The translations under genes were made by a program, and so were the position numbers. A stretch of DNA of 63,147 bases, the filler included, from Aduncisulcus paluster (Eukaryota): the NCBI GenBank assembly GCA_024181965.1. It is 31 parts of 31 records of this genome, joined end to end, with 100 filler letters (N's around TTAATTAATTAA, not from the genome) between each part and the next. Parts side by side here need not be neighbours in the genome. Positions count along the whole stretch, not along the records: positions 24,174 to 25,491 come from BQXS01005100.1; positions 25,592 to 26,722 come from BQXS01005109.1; positions 26,823 to 33,153 come from BQXS01005120.1; positions 33,254 to 34,254 come from BQXS01005123.1; positions 34,355 to 35,561 come from BQXS01005170.1; positions 35,662 to 37,934 come from BQXS01005175.1; 25 more parts are not named here. The stretch is one strand, 5' to 3'. The notes under the pieces are model-generated. The model did not search any database. It saw nothing but the letters and a program-made list of their open reading frames with translations, and was not told the DNA's origin. Positions 24,364 through 35,762 of the stretch are shown piece by piece. How positions within the stretch are numbered: the first letter of the stretch is position 1; each line of letters starts with the position of its first letter.

Positions 24364-25249
24364 TTATCCTTTAAGAAGTTTTGCAATTTTACCTTGCAAT
24401 TTGAGCCAAGATCTGTGTTCCATTAAAGGGAAACCACCCCATTGTTTTTTGGGTTCTGTAATAGACTTTGAAACAACACCACGAGCTGAGATTGTAGTAA
24501 ATGGAGCAATTTCTAAATGCCCTGTTGTACCACTTTGCCCTGCCATTACAACATATTCACCTAAAATTGTAGAACCTGATAATCCTGTTTGTGTCACAAG
24601 AATACTTCCTTTTCCTACAATACAATTATGTGCAATATGAACCAAATTATCTATACGAACCATATCTTTTATAATAGTACTAGAAAATGCAGCTCTATCT
24701 ATAGTACAATTTGCTCCGATCTCAACATTATTACCAATTATCACATTTCCATTTTGGTAAATTTTAATATGCTCGCCAAGTTGTGTCGTTGCAAAGCCAA
24801 AACCATCACTTCCANNNNNNNNNNNNNNNNNNNNNNNNNNNNNNNNNNNNNNNNNNNNNNNNNNNNNNNNNNNNNNNNNTATCTCCAATACTAGTGTTGA
24901 ACTCCAAATGTGCTGTTGGCATAATTGTACAATTTAGACCTATTTTTGGTTTTAACCCTGTATCTTCTATAAGATTAGGTGCAAAAAACTTACTAGCTTT
25001 TGCCAAAGCTACATACGGTTCGTCAACTACTAAAGCTACACACTTCTTTGGTACTTTTGATTTAAACTCTTCTGTAACAAAAATTGCAGCAGCTTCTGAA
25101 GACTCCAATTGAGAAACATATTTCTTATTTTCTAAAAATGAGATTTCATTTTGATTTGCATTTTGTAAAGTATTTAGTCCACTAATATCAATATCACAAT
25201 TGTTATTGATACTAATGTTTAAATTATCTAAAATTTTTTTTAAATTCAT
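24364..25249 (-). CDS. lpxD: UDP-3-O-acylglucosamine N-acyltransferase
   Basis: [27 protein letters not shown] and [10 protein letters not shown]. Confidence 0.95.
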
Positions 25250-25256
25250 ACTTTCT

Positions 25257-25491
25257 TTATCTTTCCATAGCAACAACGCCACTTCTTACAATTTCAATTG
25301 GATTATATTTTTCAATAACTTTAATAAAATTTAAAATTCGAGCAGGGTCGTCTGTAGCAGAAATCACTATAGCATCATCTGTAACATTTTGTATTGCACC
25401 ATTATATGCTCTTGCTAAAACATCTATATCACTTAAACTTTGATCTAATGGTATTTTAATTAGTACAGTATCTTTTTCTATTACATCTCTA
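25257..25491 (-). CDS. ilvH: Acetolactate synthase small subunit C-terminus
   Basis: Hand translation VIEKDTVLIKI...NPIEIVRSGVVAMER*. Confidence 0.85.
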
Positions 25492-25591
25492 NNNNNNNNN
25501 NNNNNNNNNNNNNNNNNNNNNNNNNNNNNNNNNNNTTAATTAATTAANNNNNNNNNNNNNNNNNNNNNNNNNNNNNNNNNNNNNNNNNNNN

Positions 25592-26722
25592 TGGACCAAC
25601 TTCTTGTTTGTAACCAACCTCTTTAAAAACTTTCAAAAGTTCATTACCACTTCTTGCTGTTTCTATAGATATCACATCTGCATCCATATCTTCAATCGTT
25701 TTGATAATATCATTAAATTCACTATAACACATATGTGTATGAATCTGTGTTTCTTGTTTCGCAGAACATATAGATATCTTAAAGTCTCGAACAGCCCATT
25801 CTTCATATACTTTTATTTTTTGAGCTCGCAAAGGATATCCCTCTTTAAATGCCGCTTCATCAACCTGAATGATTTTTATACCAGCATTTTGCAAATCATT
25901 TATCTCATCACTTAATGCAACTGCAATTTGTTTTGATACTTCATCTCTTGGTTTATCATCTCTTACAAAAGACCAATTCAAAATAGTAACTGAACCTGTT
26001 AGCATACCTTTCATTATATTCTTAGTTTTACTTTGGGCATAAGNNNNNNNNNNNNNNNNNNNNNNNNNNNNNNNNNNNNNNNNNNNNNNNNNNNNNNNNN
26101 NNNNNNNNNNNNNNNNNNNNNNNNNNNNNNNNNNNNNNNNNNNNNNNNNNNNNNNNNNNNNNNNNNNNNNGATCCAGTCAATTGTCATAGGTTTTGGTCT
26201 ACTAATATCTCCGTATATAAAAGGTGGTTTCACACATCTACTACCATAACTTTGTACCCAACCATTTTGTGAAAATCCATACCCTTGTAGTTGTTCTCCA
26301 AAGTACTCAACCATATCATTTCTTTCTGGCTCACCATGAACAAGTACCTCTAGTCCACAATCCTCTTGAAAAACAATACAATCATCAATATACTGTTTCA
26401 TCTGTTTTTCATAGTCTTCATATCTGATTTGATTATTCTTAAACTCTCGTCTTGCTTTTCTTACCTCTTGAGTTTGAGGAAATGAACCAATAGTCGTAGT
26501 TGCTAAATCTTTATATTCTAAAAGTTCTTTTTGGATTTTGATTCTATCTTCATATAAACCATTTCTTTGTAATTTAGAATGATTTTGAACTCTATTTTGT
26601 ACTTTTTTATTATGTATTAGAGAAGAGTTTCTTCTACTATTATTTGCAGATATATTATCTTCATAGCTTTTTTTATCTTCTTCACTTAATGAGTTAAGAC
26701 CCTGAAAAAAAGCTTTTGAAAC
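25592..26722 (-). CDS. metE: Cobalamin-independent methionine synthase, internal fragment
   Basis: [36 protein letters not shown] and [10 protein letters not shown]. Confidence 0.97.
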
Positions 26723-26822
26723 NNNNNNNNNNNNNNNNNNNNNNNNNNNNNNNNNNNNNNNNNNNNTTAATTAATTAANNNNNNNNNNNNNNNNNNNNNN
26801 NNNNNNNNNNNNNNNNNNNNNN

Positions 26823-27077
26823 GGAAAAAGATTCATAAGAAACAATCCCTTTAAGGAGCCTTTGTGCATGGAGACTTCCATCATATTTTAGATCAAGGGT
26901 TGCTTTGATGGATGGAAAATCTGGACTTACAATATTTGGGACATCTCGAGGAATTGGACAACAACACAAATCACCATGAGAAAAAATGGGTAACCAATAT
27001 TCATTTCTATCTTCAATAAATAATGGTTTTGTGATGGGAATAGCTGTGCGTGAGGTTTTGTTGATGCGATATGGCAT
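26823..27077 (-). CDS. N-terminus of another member of the PIPRD-module family, partial
   Basis: HGDLCCCPIPRDVPNI..DFPSIKA..YDGSLHAQRLLKG aligns by eye with HKGDELCCPIPRDSPNV..EFPTIEA near 5300-5390. Confidence 0.7.
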
Positions 27078-27615
27078 TATATTCTGTTAATTAGTGAAAA
27101 AAATAGTGAAGAACTGCAAGTTATGATGGAATAATCAGATATAGTCAAAAGAAAGGGTTATCATAAATAGAGACAAAATATATTAAGAATAATTCAATAA
27201 ATAGATGATGATGTGTACAATAATTTCAACTATTTATGTTAGGCCCACAAAAATCAAAAAGAATATTTCCAAACTTGTCTAATAAGAATTAGAAGTTATC
27301 ATTGCATAAAATATATAAATAATATAGTCATTTTGAAAATGAAGCAATGAGTTGAAACAAGAATAACTGGTTTTATTTGAATATAGATAGTGGTCAAAGG
27401 TGGAACACTTATCTACAAATAGTTAACACTCCCGCAATGGTGAGATGAATACAAGAAATCTGAATTTTCCCTTATGTTCCCTTTTGATTCACGGAGACAC
27501 AAACTTTGTTGTCTTTGAAAGGCATAGAGACACAGAGGAATAAAGAAAAAAAGAAAGAAATGGACCAACTTACTTTCTTGAACAATTAGAACATCTACAA
27601 AGAATATCTCAAGAT

Positions 27616-28971
27616 CTAACGAGTACGAGTAACCCCATATCCTGTGGTAGAATGAGTCTCTTCTGGAGTGTCGTCAATGGATGTGGATGTATCTCGGGAT
27701 TTCTTCTTAAGTTCCCTCTGTCTTTCCAATCTTTCTTTCTCAAGAGAGGCTTGCTTTTGAAGCCTGAGTTTGTCTGCAGCAGAGCTTGCTTCAGGAGTTG
27801 AAGGAGCAGGGGAAACATGTAAAGCTGTTTCTCTCTGTCTTTCTCTGAACAGACGTTCTTGTTCAGCTTTCTTCTGTCTCCTAAGTTCTTCTTTTGCAAG
27901 GTCATCTGGATGCCTTGAAGAAGGATCTGGCTGGTGCCTTGGAAGGTCTGGACGTTGAGTAGGTTTGACAGGGGATGAGTTATTATTATTATTATTATTT
28001 GGAAGTTTGGATAACAGGAAAAACACAAAAACGATGCCGATAATCGTAATAACCAGAGAATTCGTGGAAGAATCGTCATCAATATCATTACTGGCACGAT
28101 GAGAATGTTTTGTGTTATATAGTTCTTCTTCAACATCAACTGTTGGTTCAAAAGTGGTTTCCTCAACAATAATACTGGGTTTCGTGGATTGAGACTTTCC
28201 AGAATAATCAATTGTAATTTGAACACTACACGATCCGGGAACAATATAACTATCACCAGGCTGAGNNNNNNNNNNNNNNNNNNNNTCTGGATGCCTTGAA
28301 GAAGGATCTGGCTGGTGCCTTGGAAGGTCTGGACGTTGAGTAGGTTTGACAGGGGATGAGTTATTATTATTATTATTATTATTTGGAAGTTTGGATAACA
28401 GGAAAAACACAAAAACGATGCCGATAATCGTAATAACCAGAGAATTCGTGGAAGAATCGTCATCAATATCATTACTGGCACGATGAGAATGTTTTGTGTT
28501 ATATAGTTCTTCTTCAACATCAACTGTTGGTTCAAAAGTGGTTTCCTCAACAATAATACTGGGTTTCGTGGATTGAGACTTTCCAGAATAATCAATTGTA
28601 ATTTGAACACTACACGATCCGGGAACAATATAACTATCACCAGGCTGAGTCCACCCTTCACAAACAACATCCGTTCGGGAGAGCTTGAACTGAACTGGCA
28701 TTTCGGTCGTGCACTGCCAAGCAACACTAATTCCATCATAACCAATATTTTCACACGTTATTTGATCGGGAATTGAAGCATCATTCGCGGCATTACCACC
28801 GATAAGTTCAATTTGGGGATAATAGGCAGCTTTTCTGGATGTAGTGAACGAATCACGATGAAATACTAAAACGGAGAGTTGTGATATATGTACAGGGGTT
28901 ACATCAGATAAAACATATTCACACAATATACACAATATAATACAAAGGGACGAGAAAAATAAAATTCGCAT
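27616..28971 (-). CDS. SARAF/TMEM66 homolog (store-operated calcium entry-associated regulatory factor), with an artefactual internal duplication at the gap
   Basis: Signal peptide, TTSRK..PQIELIGG, CENIGYDG..VAWQC, VVCEGW..PGDSYIVPGSC, one TM and C-terminal TGYGVTRTR*. Confidence 0.88.
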   Translation of the reverse strand: MRILFFSSLCIILCILCEYVLSDVTPVHISQLSVLVFHRDSFTTSRKAAYYPQIELIGGNAANDASIPDQITCENIGYDGISVAWQCTTEMPVQFKLSRTDVVCEGWTQPGDSYIVPGSCSVQITIDYSGKSQSTKPSIIVEETTFEPTVDVEEELYNTKHSHRASNDIDDDSSTNSLVITIIGIVFVFFLLSKLPNNNNNNNNSSPVKPTQRPDLPRHQPDPSSRHPXXXXXXXXQPGDSYIVPGSCSVQITIDYSGKSQSTKPSIIVEETTFEPTVDVEEELYNTKHSHRASNDIDDDSSTNSLVITIIGIVFVFFLLSKLPNNNNNNNSSPVKPTQRPDLPRHQPDPSSRHPDDLAKEELRRQKKAEQERLFRERQRETALHVSPAPSTPEASSAADKLRLQKQASLEKERLERQRELKKKSRDTSTSIDDTPEETHSTTGYGVTRTR

Positions 28972-29115
28972 GGATAAATAGTTGTAGACAAATCGCAATT
29001 CTTCAGAGTTTGGAACACGAAGTCATATTGAATCTATGCTAAAATTAATTAATACTATAAATCAATAATTTTTTAAGCAATGGTTATATTACTTTTTTCA
29101 CTGGATCCATAATTA

Positions 29116-30937
29116 ATGAAAAGAAACTATTCCACCATTGTTCATAAAATATTCCCAACACCTCCATTGGATTTGACAGTGTTATTCAATTTAGATGGTA
29201 ATAATGGGAGCACAGTCTCTCTTCTTTACGATTATATCGTTTTTTACCGGCACCAATGGCGTCTGAACGTTGTGGTCGTGTCTATGGTGCGAATGCTACA
29301 ACTCTCTGCTTTATTTTGTATTTTCTGCTCAAATTCAATCAGAGATTCTGACCAATACTAATGTACCTTTTCAACATCAAATGAATATCCTCTTAGTGTT
29401 GCTATATCACACCATCCCCACTCGTATATACTCGCACCCACGAACATCACATACATATTCATCAGGATGTGTACCGATATAGGAGTGTTTCTGAGGGACC
29501 CGGTGGGAGGAAAGGAAGATATATGTGCGAATCTGACTGGAAAGAAGTCAGCGATGAGGAAATGGGAAAGAAGGAAATCAACGGAAATGAAGTCAATGAC
29601 TCTTTGTTGAATCTTATAACGAAAAGGACAAAGACTGGTTCATTATCAGTACGAAATCCTTGTGTTGTGGTGAAGACTGATAGGAAAGGAGTGGGAGGGA
29701 AGACTATTGTTAAGAAAGAACAGCCACTTTCCTCATCTCCTAATATAGGTTTCTTAGGCAATAGTGTTTTTCCAGATCATGATCGACTTGTGACTCCCCT
29801 CCAATGTGCTCAACATCTCTGTTTCTCTGAAGGCCGTGTTTCATTGCTTTCACCCCCAACTCCTTCCTTTCTATCGTTATTTATTGATACTATTCCCTTC
29901 TTATCTTCCCGTTCATCTTCCATCACCATTCCGCCTGCCACTCTAGCTTGCCTCTCTTCTCTCTCGGCTGTGCTCAGATGTGATGATGCACTGATAAGAA
30001 TCGCCCTCTGTGTTTGCATTGCTCGAGGTGGTCGTATCCTGCGTGACGTGGATATTTGTGTTGCCAGTATCGTTTGGGGCACATGTGGTGAACGTAGTGT
30101 AGCTGGTGATTCCTCTGTCATGACTCTTTCGTGCCATAAAGGCGACAGAATGGATCGATTGGGAGTTGGATATAAGATCCCTTCATGGATTGATGGAAAA
30201 ACAAAGATGAATAATCCCTATGGTCAAGTTGATCATGGATGTTCGACTGGAATGTCCATTGTTTCGAAACATAAGCCAACGAAAAAGAATTCTGATGGAT
30301 TAAACTTTATATTGCGTCGTTTTGGTGGTTTAAGGAACTATTGGAAAATATTGAATCGAACTCAAGGTCTGATGGGTATTATCTCATCGAGAACAAAACG
30401 ATTTCGGGTCACAGATGAAAGTTTTTAACAAATTTATTCATTGATGTCGAATTTGACGACTTTTAAATATTTTTTTTTTGTGGAGGACCCACAGATCAAA
30501 CAGATCAAAAAACAAAGCCTTCCGTGCACACACAAGCTTCACCATCAATAATGGACAAGATATATGATTGGTTTTCCATAGATTTACAACCCATGGAACT
30601 ATTTTTAGAAGATAACTCTTCATCTCCACTGACCACTCGAGGATATGCCCTCTCATCTCGAAGAAAGCATCCAGTGTTATCTTGGCTATTGATATTTCCC
30701 TTCCAACTTATTCGTCTATCTCTCCAGATCTTTTTATCCATTGCCCTCGCTTGCCTCGCTTTCTATACCATGTTTACTCTGGCGCAATCACGATTACATT
30801 ATTCGATTGATATTATTCTTGGGATTTCGGTCTCTTCCTTATGTTGCACCATTTATTTCTTGAAAAGGAACAAAGTGAGAAGAAGAGGGGCATCAAACTT
30901 ATTTGAAAGAGTCGTGCAATATTGTGAAGATAGTTAG
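29116..30937 (+). CDS. Probable multi-exon sphingomyelin/IPC-synthase-like (PAP2_C) membrane protein; exon structure unresolved
   Basis: The last ORF has a TM followed by SRLHYSIDIILG (HY.IDV motif). Upstream ORFs 29116-29361 and 29469-30428 are on the same strand and may be exons or separate genes. Confidence 0.45.
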
Positions 30938-31208
30938 CTTGCAATGGATTTGCATTGAGAGAACCATCATGCTTGTCCAAAGAAGAGGAGGAGGAGGGTG
31001 GGAGAGATCACGAATCATCTCGTGTTGGGGATCCTTCTCGTGAGAGGAAGTACACAACACTCGGGAGAATAAAGACATAAAGTCATCTCGACAATGCATC
31101 CCGTAGGTCTCGTTTTTCACTTACACTGCATTGGATGAACACTCAGTGTGACAGGCTGTCCGATGAACAACAATAAATATCAAATAGTATTCCATGAGAG
31201 TCTCATTT

Positions 31209-31245
<37 letters not shown>
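31209..31245. repeat. (GA)n microsatellite
   Basis: Read directly from the sequence. Confidence 0.9.
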
Positions 31246-31338
31246 GAAGATGAACATTAAAATCATTCAGCAAATACAGATTATTATTAGATATATAATC
31301 TACACTTTGAAAACATTTCGATGTGAAATCGACAAAGA

Positions 31339-31890
31339 TTAAACGTCATCTTGCAAGTGAAAATGTCCTTGATAAGAACCACTCACACCTTCTGTTCGGA
31401 GAAACACAAATTGGCATACCTTAACGCCAGGTTTAAGCTCTAATGTATACGGGGAGCAGTTATACAACTCCAGAACTTGGCGACTATCGATCCCTGGTGC
31501 CATGAAAGGGGCAGTCACATGAACGAATAAACCACATCGTGCGAAACGAGATCGACCTTCCAGAAGACCACAGATATGTTCGCCAAGCTTGATTCGTTCC
31601 TTCGTAATTCCAAGCATAAACTCTCCAGGACCCAGTGATATGGATTTGCCATCGGGAATCACAATTCGTTTGCCGAAGGCTTTATAGCTTGTTTTAGATT
31701 CGATCGGGATGGTAAGCTCTGGACAAGGAGCTTTTGGAAACAGTCGAAATTCGTTTCCCAGCGAAAGATCTACAGAAGCTGGACCAAGAGATGTTTTCGG
31801 ATCAAATGGACTGCTTATAGAAATAGCACCCTTTTTAATTTCATCCAATATAGTGGACTTTGCAAGAATGGAACCTGCCGATGATAGCAT
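31339..31890 (-). CDS. dcd: dCTP deaminase (trimeric dUTPase-like fold) on a eukaryotic contig
   Basis: GPASVDLSLG, LGPGEFMLGITKERI, EGRSRFARCGLFVHVTAPF..PG, LELYN and CQFVF..YQG.F..Q. Confidence 0.9.
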   Translation of the reverse strand: MLSSAGSILAKSTILDEIKKGAISISSPFDPKTSLGPASVDLSLGNEFRLFPKAPCPELTIPIESKTSYKAFGKRIVIPDGKSISLGPGEFMLGITKERIKLGEHICGLLEGRSRFARCGLFVHVTAPFMAPGIDSRQVLELYNCSPYTLELKPGVKVCQFVFLRTEGVSGSYQGHFHLQDDV

Positions 31891-32630
31891 TTAATGCAAA
31901 ATTAACCCTTGTGATGCTCCAATTGCAACGAAAAGAGGGGTATTGCAAGGAAATCCGAACTTAGAACTTGGTACTCGTTTGTTGAAGAACAGAAGACAAA
32001 AATAAAGCAATCGATGCATGTTCAGAATAGTATCCATATCAATAAAATTCTTTTTGCCATTGTTGTAATATGGTCGCAAAGGTATGGCCAGTAAGAAAAG
32101 TGATTGTTCTTTCCATCGTTTTTGTCTCTCGCGTCTCAGCCAGACACGCCGTTTTGCTCGCAATCGTGGATGTATATTGTATATTGTTATCATTTTTTAT
32201 GAATTCCCAAAAACTTAGAGCCTTGAATTTGTATATATTATGTTTTATTGGGATTTTTTCAACTTTTTGTTTTGTTTGCTGCAAACAGTTTGCTGCCTGC
32301 CCGTTTCGTTCTGTTATTGAGTTGCCAAGACTAATTCGACTTGAATGAACAGCAATATAGCCAGTGGTAGGTTATGAATGGTTAAACAAACAAACAAACA
32401 AAAAACAAAACACATGGCCCATGGAGACCGCCAATGTATGTCTTCATTCTGAATGTATTTTCTGCCTCTATTTGAAGTTATTGTCTGATGTATATTGATT
32501 TCATGTAGTCTTCTTCTTCTTCTTTTATTTATTTTATTGAATCGGAATTATGGATAAAGAGAAATGGCATTGTAACATTTCTTGTGATAACAATCTACTG
32601 TACCAAGCTTGCAGCGAGAGACATGATAAT

Positions 32631-33153
32631 TTAAGCGATATAGCATACCATGACATGATCTGTGGTACGGGGACAGCCGCGAGTGAAGTGTGGACCATGA
32701 CAGTGTCCATGGTGACGACCATGTGGACCACGTCTGCCACGGTGAGGATGAAAAACAGATCTAGCAGAAGGACTCATCATGCTTCTCCTTCCATGCATTC
32801 TCCTCTTTCCATGCATCATACATTTTCCACGACACAATGGATTGGAACTCTCAAGACACATTGGAGGACATACATGAGGTGGTGTTGGGCACATCATAGT
32901 TGTTGGTTGGAGTGGATGGTGACACATGGGAGCACTCTTCTTCTCTCGTCTCATCTCATGTCTCATCTCACGTCTCATCTCACGTCTCATCTCACGTTTC
33001 ACAGTACGCAGAACATCTCGTTGGATATCGGCCTTGAGAGCTTTCTCCATACTCTTCATAATTCCTTTCATCGTGCCACGGTGTGGACGAACAGGGATGG
33101 CACAAGGAGGACACACAGCTTGGTGCACAGAGGGATACTCATGAGCTTCATGG
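32631..33153 (-). CDS. Met/Arg/His/Cys-rich low-complexity protein C-terminus
   Basis: Open frame with REMR repeats (12-bp unit) and an HHGHCHGPH tail. Confidence 0.5.
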
Positions 33154-33253
33154 NNNNNNNNNNNNNNNNNNNNNNNNNNNNNNNNNNNNNNNNNNNNTTA
33201 ATTAATTAANNNNNNNNNNNNNNNNNNNNNNNNNNNNNNNNNNNNNNNNNNNN

Positions 33254-33700
33254 AGAAGAAAGAATCCCATCCGTAACAACATTTTGATGGGACATTCGTT
33301 TCAAGGGATTCGAATGATCCATGGGAGAAATAGGAAATCGGAACAACACAGCACCATAAGAAACAGATAAAATAATGGGAGATGGCGATTCAGAAATTGC
33401 AAATATGAAGAAAATATGAGACGATGCCATCTTTTTCGAAGGAGATTTCAATCCCTTGGTTTCGAGAATATATTTATGATATTTGATTTTAAATGGTATA
33501 AGTTTAGTTACTCGACATCCACGATCATGTTTTTTCCATGGAGACAGCGTCCACACAAGAGATCCACACGAAAAATCCTACAAGCCAATATCTCCCTTTT
33601 CATCGCCATATACAAGATATCTGCCGTTGTTAAATGTTGCAAGAGCAGTTATTCTTTCAGACGAAAAGGTGCGAACGGGAACGATTTCATATTTATCCAT
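33254..33700 (-). pseudogene. WD40-like protein N-terminus with an in-frame TAG at codon 41 (error or nonsense allele)
   Basis: MDKYEIVPVRTFSSERITALATFNNGRYLVYGDEKGDIGL*DFSCGSLVWTL; the TAG at 33578-33580 sits where the W of WD is expected. Confidence 0.6.
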
Positions 33701-33913
33701 TCCAAAAAGGATTTTTTTTTTTTGTAAGGGTAATGAACCAGAACCTGACCTCTTTAGTTGTCTAATACCGTTTTATTCTTCCATTTTATCATTATTAGAC
33801 ACCTTTACTATTTTGATATGAATGGAGATAGCCTCTCTACAGCATGATTGATCATATCATTTGATTCAACAACGAAAAATGAGATAAAAATATCATCTTA
33901 AATCAGAAATATG

Positions 33914-34229
33914 GCAAAAGTATTCAGAATGGCCCCCGTTGGGTTTCTCCAGTGGTTAGGAGATGTCACAATAACTGTGTTTTGACAAAACTAATCGAAT
34001 CACATCAAACATGGATTCCAAGAAGCATCGTAAGCTCAAATAATTCAATTTAATTATACAAATACCCTCATCTTCATCCTAAATTCGCTTGAACTATCCG
34101 ACTAGACGGTCTTCGCAGACTCTCTCTTTCAGAGAAGCGGTCCGAGGAACTTCCCCAAAGTAATGATCCAATTCGTTATAAAAACAACGCATATGAACCT
34201 ACTTCGAGAGTGACACTTGATACTTTCGC
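33914..34229 (-). ncRNA. RNase MRP RNA (about 316 nt)
   Basis: P1 GCGAAAGUAUCA/UGAAUACUUUUGC; P2 UGUCAC/GUGACA; P3 CUCGAAGUA/UACUUUGGG with internal loop; P4 pseudoknot GAAGUUCCUCG/CGGGGGCCAUUC; P8 UCUCU-GAAAG-AGAGA (GARAR loop); CR-IV ACAGUUA; P19 UCUCC/GGAGA. Confidence 0.9.
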
Positions 34230-34354
34230 AAGAAAAAGGGAGATTCAATGTTGANNNNNNNNNNNNNNNNNNNNNNNNNNNNNNNNNNNNNNNNNNNNTT
34301 AATTAATTAANNNNNNNNNNNNNNNNNNNNNNNNNNNNNNNNNNNNNNNNNNNN

Positions 34355-34911
34355 TCACTGAGTTCGTTAAAGGTCTCAACCAGCCCGGAGTGGGCAGGCA
34401 CAAAGACTTCCTGATCGCAAAGCTCAAAAGGTGTGCGAAGTTCAAATCTGAGGATATGGTGCAGCATTGCCGCAGGGCTTTTTTCATATACCGGCCCCTT
34501 GACCAGCGGGGGGGTTGTGGTGCTTATGTCCGGGTTGTATCCGGTAGCCAGCAGAATGTCTGCTTTTCCCTTGACCAGTGCTTCAAAGGCTTTGTCGTGA
34601 GTCGGATAGGCCTTAATATCAAGTTCTGTCCCTGCGTACTCAATGAATTCATTCACCAGCTCACGTTCAAATCCCGGTCCCCATGGAGAAAGTTTTGGAA
34701 AAACGCGTTCTATGTCCACTGCGGCAACCCGGATTGTATTGGGCAGGGGAATCTCATATTTTACTGAATATATGTAGTAAAAAAAGGAGAATAGCGCCAA
34801 GTACACAACAATATTGAATATATGTTGTGAAAAAAGTATCAAAATGCCCGTTTTGGGGTCATTTAATTTACTCTGATGTATTGACATATCCCCGAAAGAT
34901 TTTTTACGCAT
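34355..34911 (-). CDS. MltF-like substrate-binding-domain protein, 3'-partial (Desulfovibrio-like)
   Basis: N-terminal TM, GPGFERELVNEF, ALVKGKADIL and KGPVY. Confidence 0.6.
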
Positions 34912-35144
34912 TAAAACCCGTCTGCCGTGCTTAGTGCTGGCGTACCCATTTTAAAGAGGGTATCAAAAGCAGGTAAGCGGATCTTCTTGAGCGGCCTTAA
35001 CGGATTTATTTGTTGTGAACGACTGGTTCGTTCCTGTTAATATACGTCAGACGCAGTGCCGCTATCAAGTAATCAAATTACAGCAAAAATTCCATGTCTT
35101 AAGTCAAGAACATGCGGAAATACTGTAGAAGGAGCACATTAGTA

Positions 35145-35561
35145 ATGGCTAATACCGTAATCGTGGGAACCCAGTGGGGGGACGAAGGCAAGGGCAAAAT
35201 CGTTGATATGCTCGCCGAACAAGCAGGTGCGATTGTACGTTTCCAAGGTGGAAACAACGCAGGTCACACTCTTGTTGTGGAAGGAGAGCAGTGTATCCTG
35301 CATCTCATCCCGTCCGGGGTTCTCCATCAGGGTAAAAAGTGCCTCATCGGTAACGGTGTAGTACTCGACCCCGAGGTTTTTCTCAAGGAGATTGACGGAC
35401 TTGCCGAAAAAGGCGTTGACGTTTCTCCCGAGCGCTTGATGATCAGCAAGAAAACCCAGATCATCATGCCGTACCACAAGCTGATGGACAATTGCCGCGA
35501 ATCCCTTAAATCCGCTGATAACAAGATCGGTACCACCGGTCGTGGAATCGGCCCTTGCTAC
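35145..35561 (+). CDS. purA: Adenylosuccinate synthetase, 3'-partial
   Basis: [25 protein letters not shown] and [21 protein letters not shown]. Confidence 0.98.
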
Positions 35562-35762
35562 NNNNNNNNNNNNNNNNNNNNNNNNNNNNNNNNNNNNNNN
35601 NNNNNTTAATTAATTAANNNNNNNNNNNNNNNNNNNNNNNNNNNNNNNNNNNNNNNNNNNNTTTGTGCATAACTCATAATAGTTCCTTAATTTAATTTAA
35701 GAAACTATAATATTTAAAAGTGTTCTTTTGGTGGTATGTTCAAAAAAATTGAAAATACCTTT

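Noticed and set aside
27616-27618. Genome-wide UAG-to-Gln recoding as in hexamitid diplomonads
   Set aside because: TAG ends SARAF at its conserved C-terminus and also ends PGM; the long eukaryotic ORFs read through without TAR codons.
27905-28650. Internal duplication in the SARAF gene
   Set aside because: It flanks a 20-N gap and the copies differ by one AAT unit, consistent with alleles or an unmerged overlap.
34912-35144. Riboswitch upstream of purA
   Set aside because: Small hairpins are present, but I recognise no purine or ZTP aptamer consensus.
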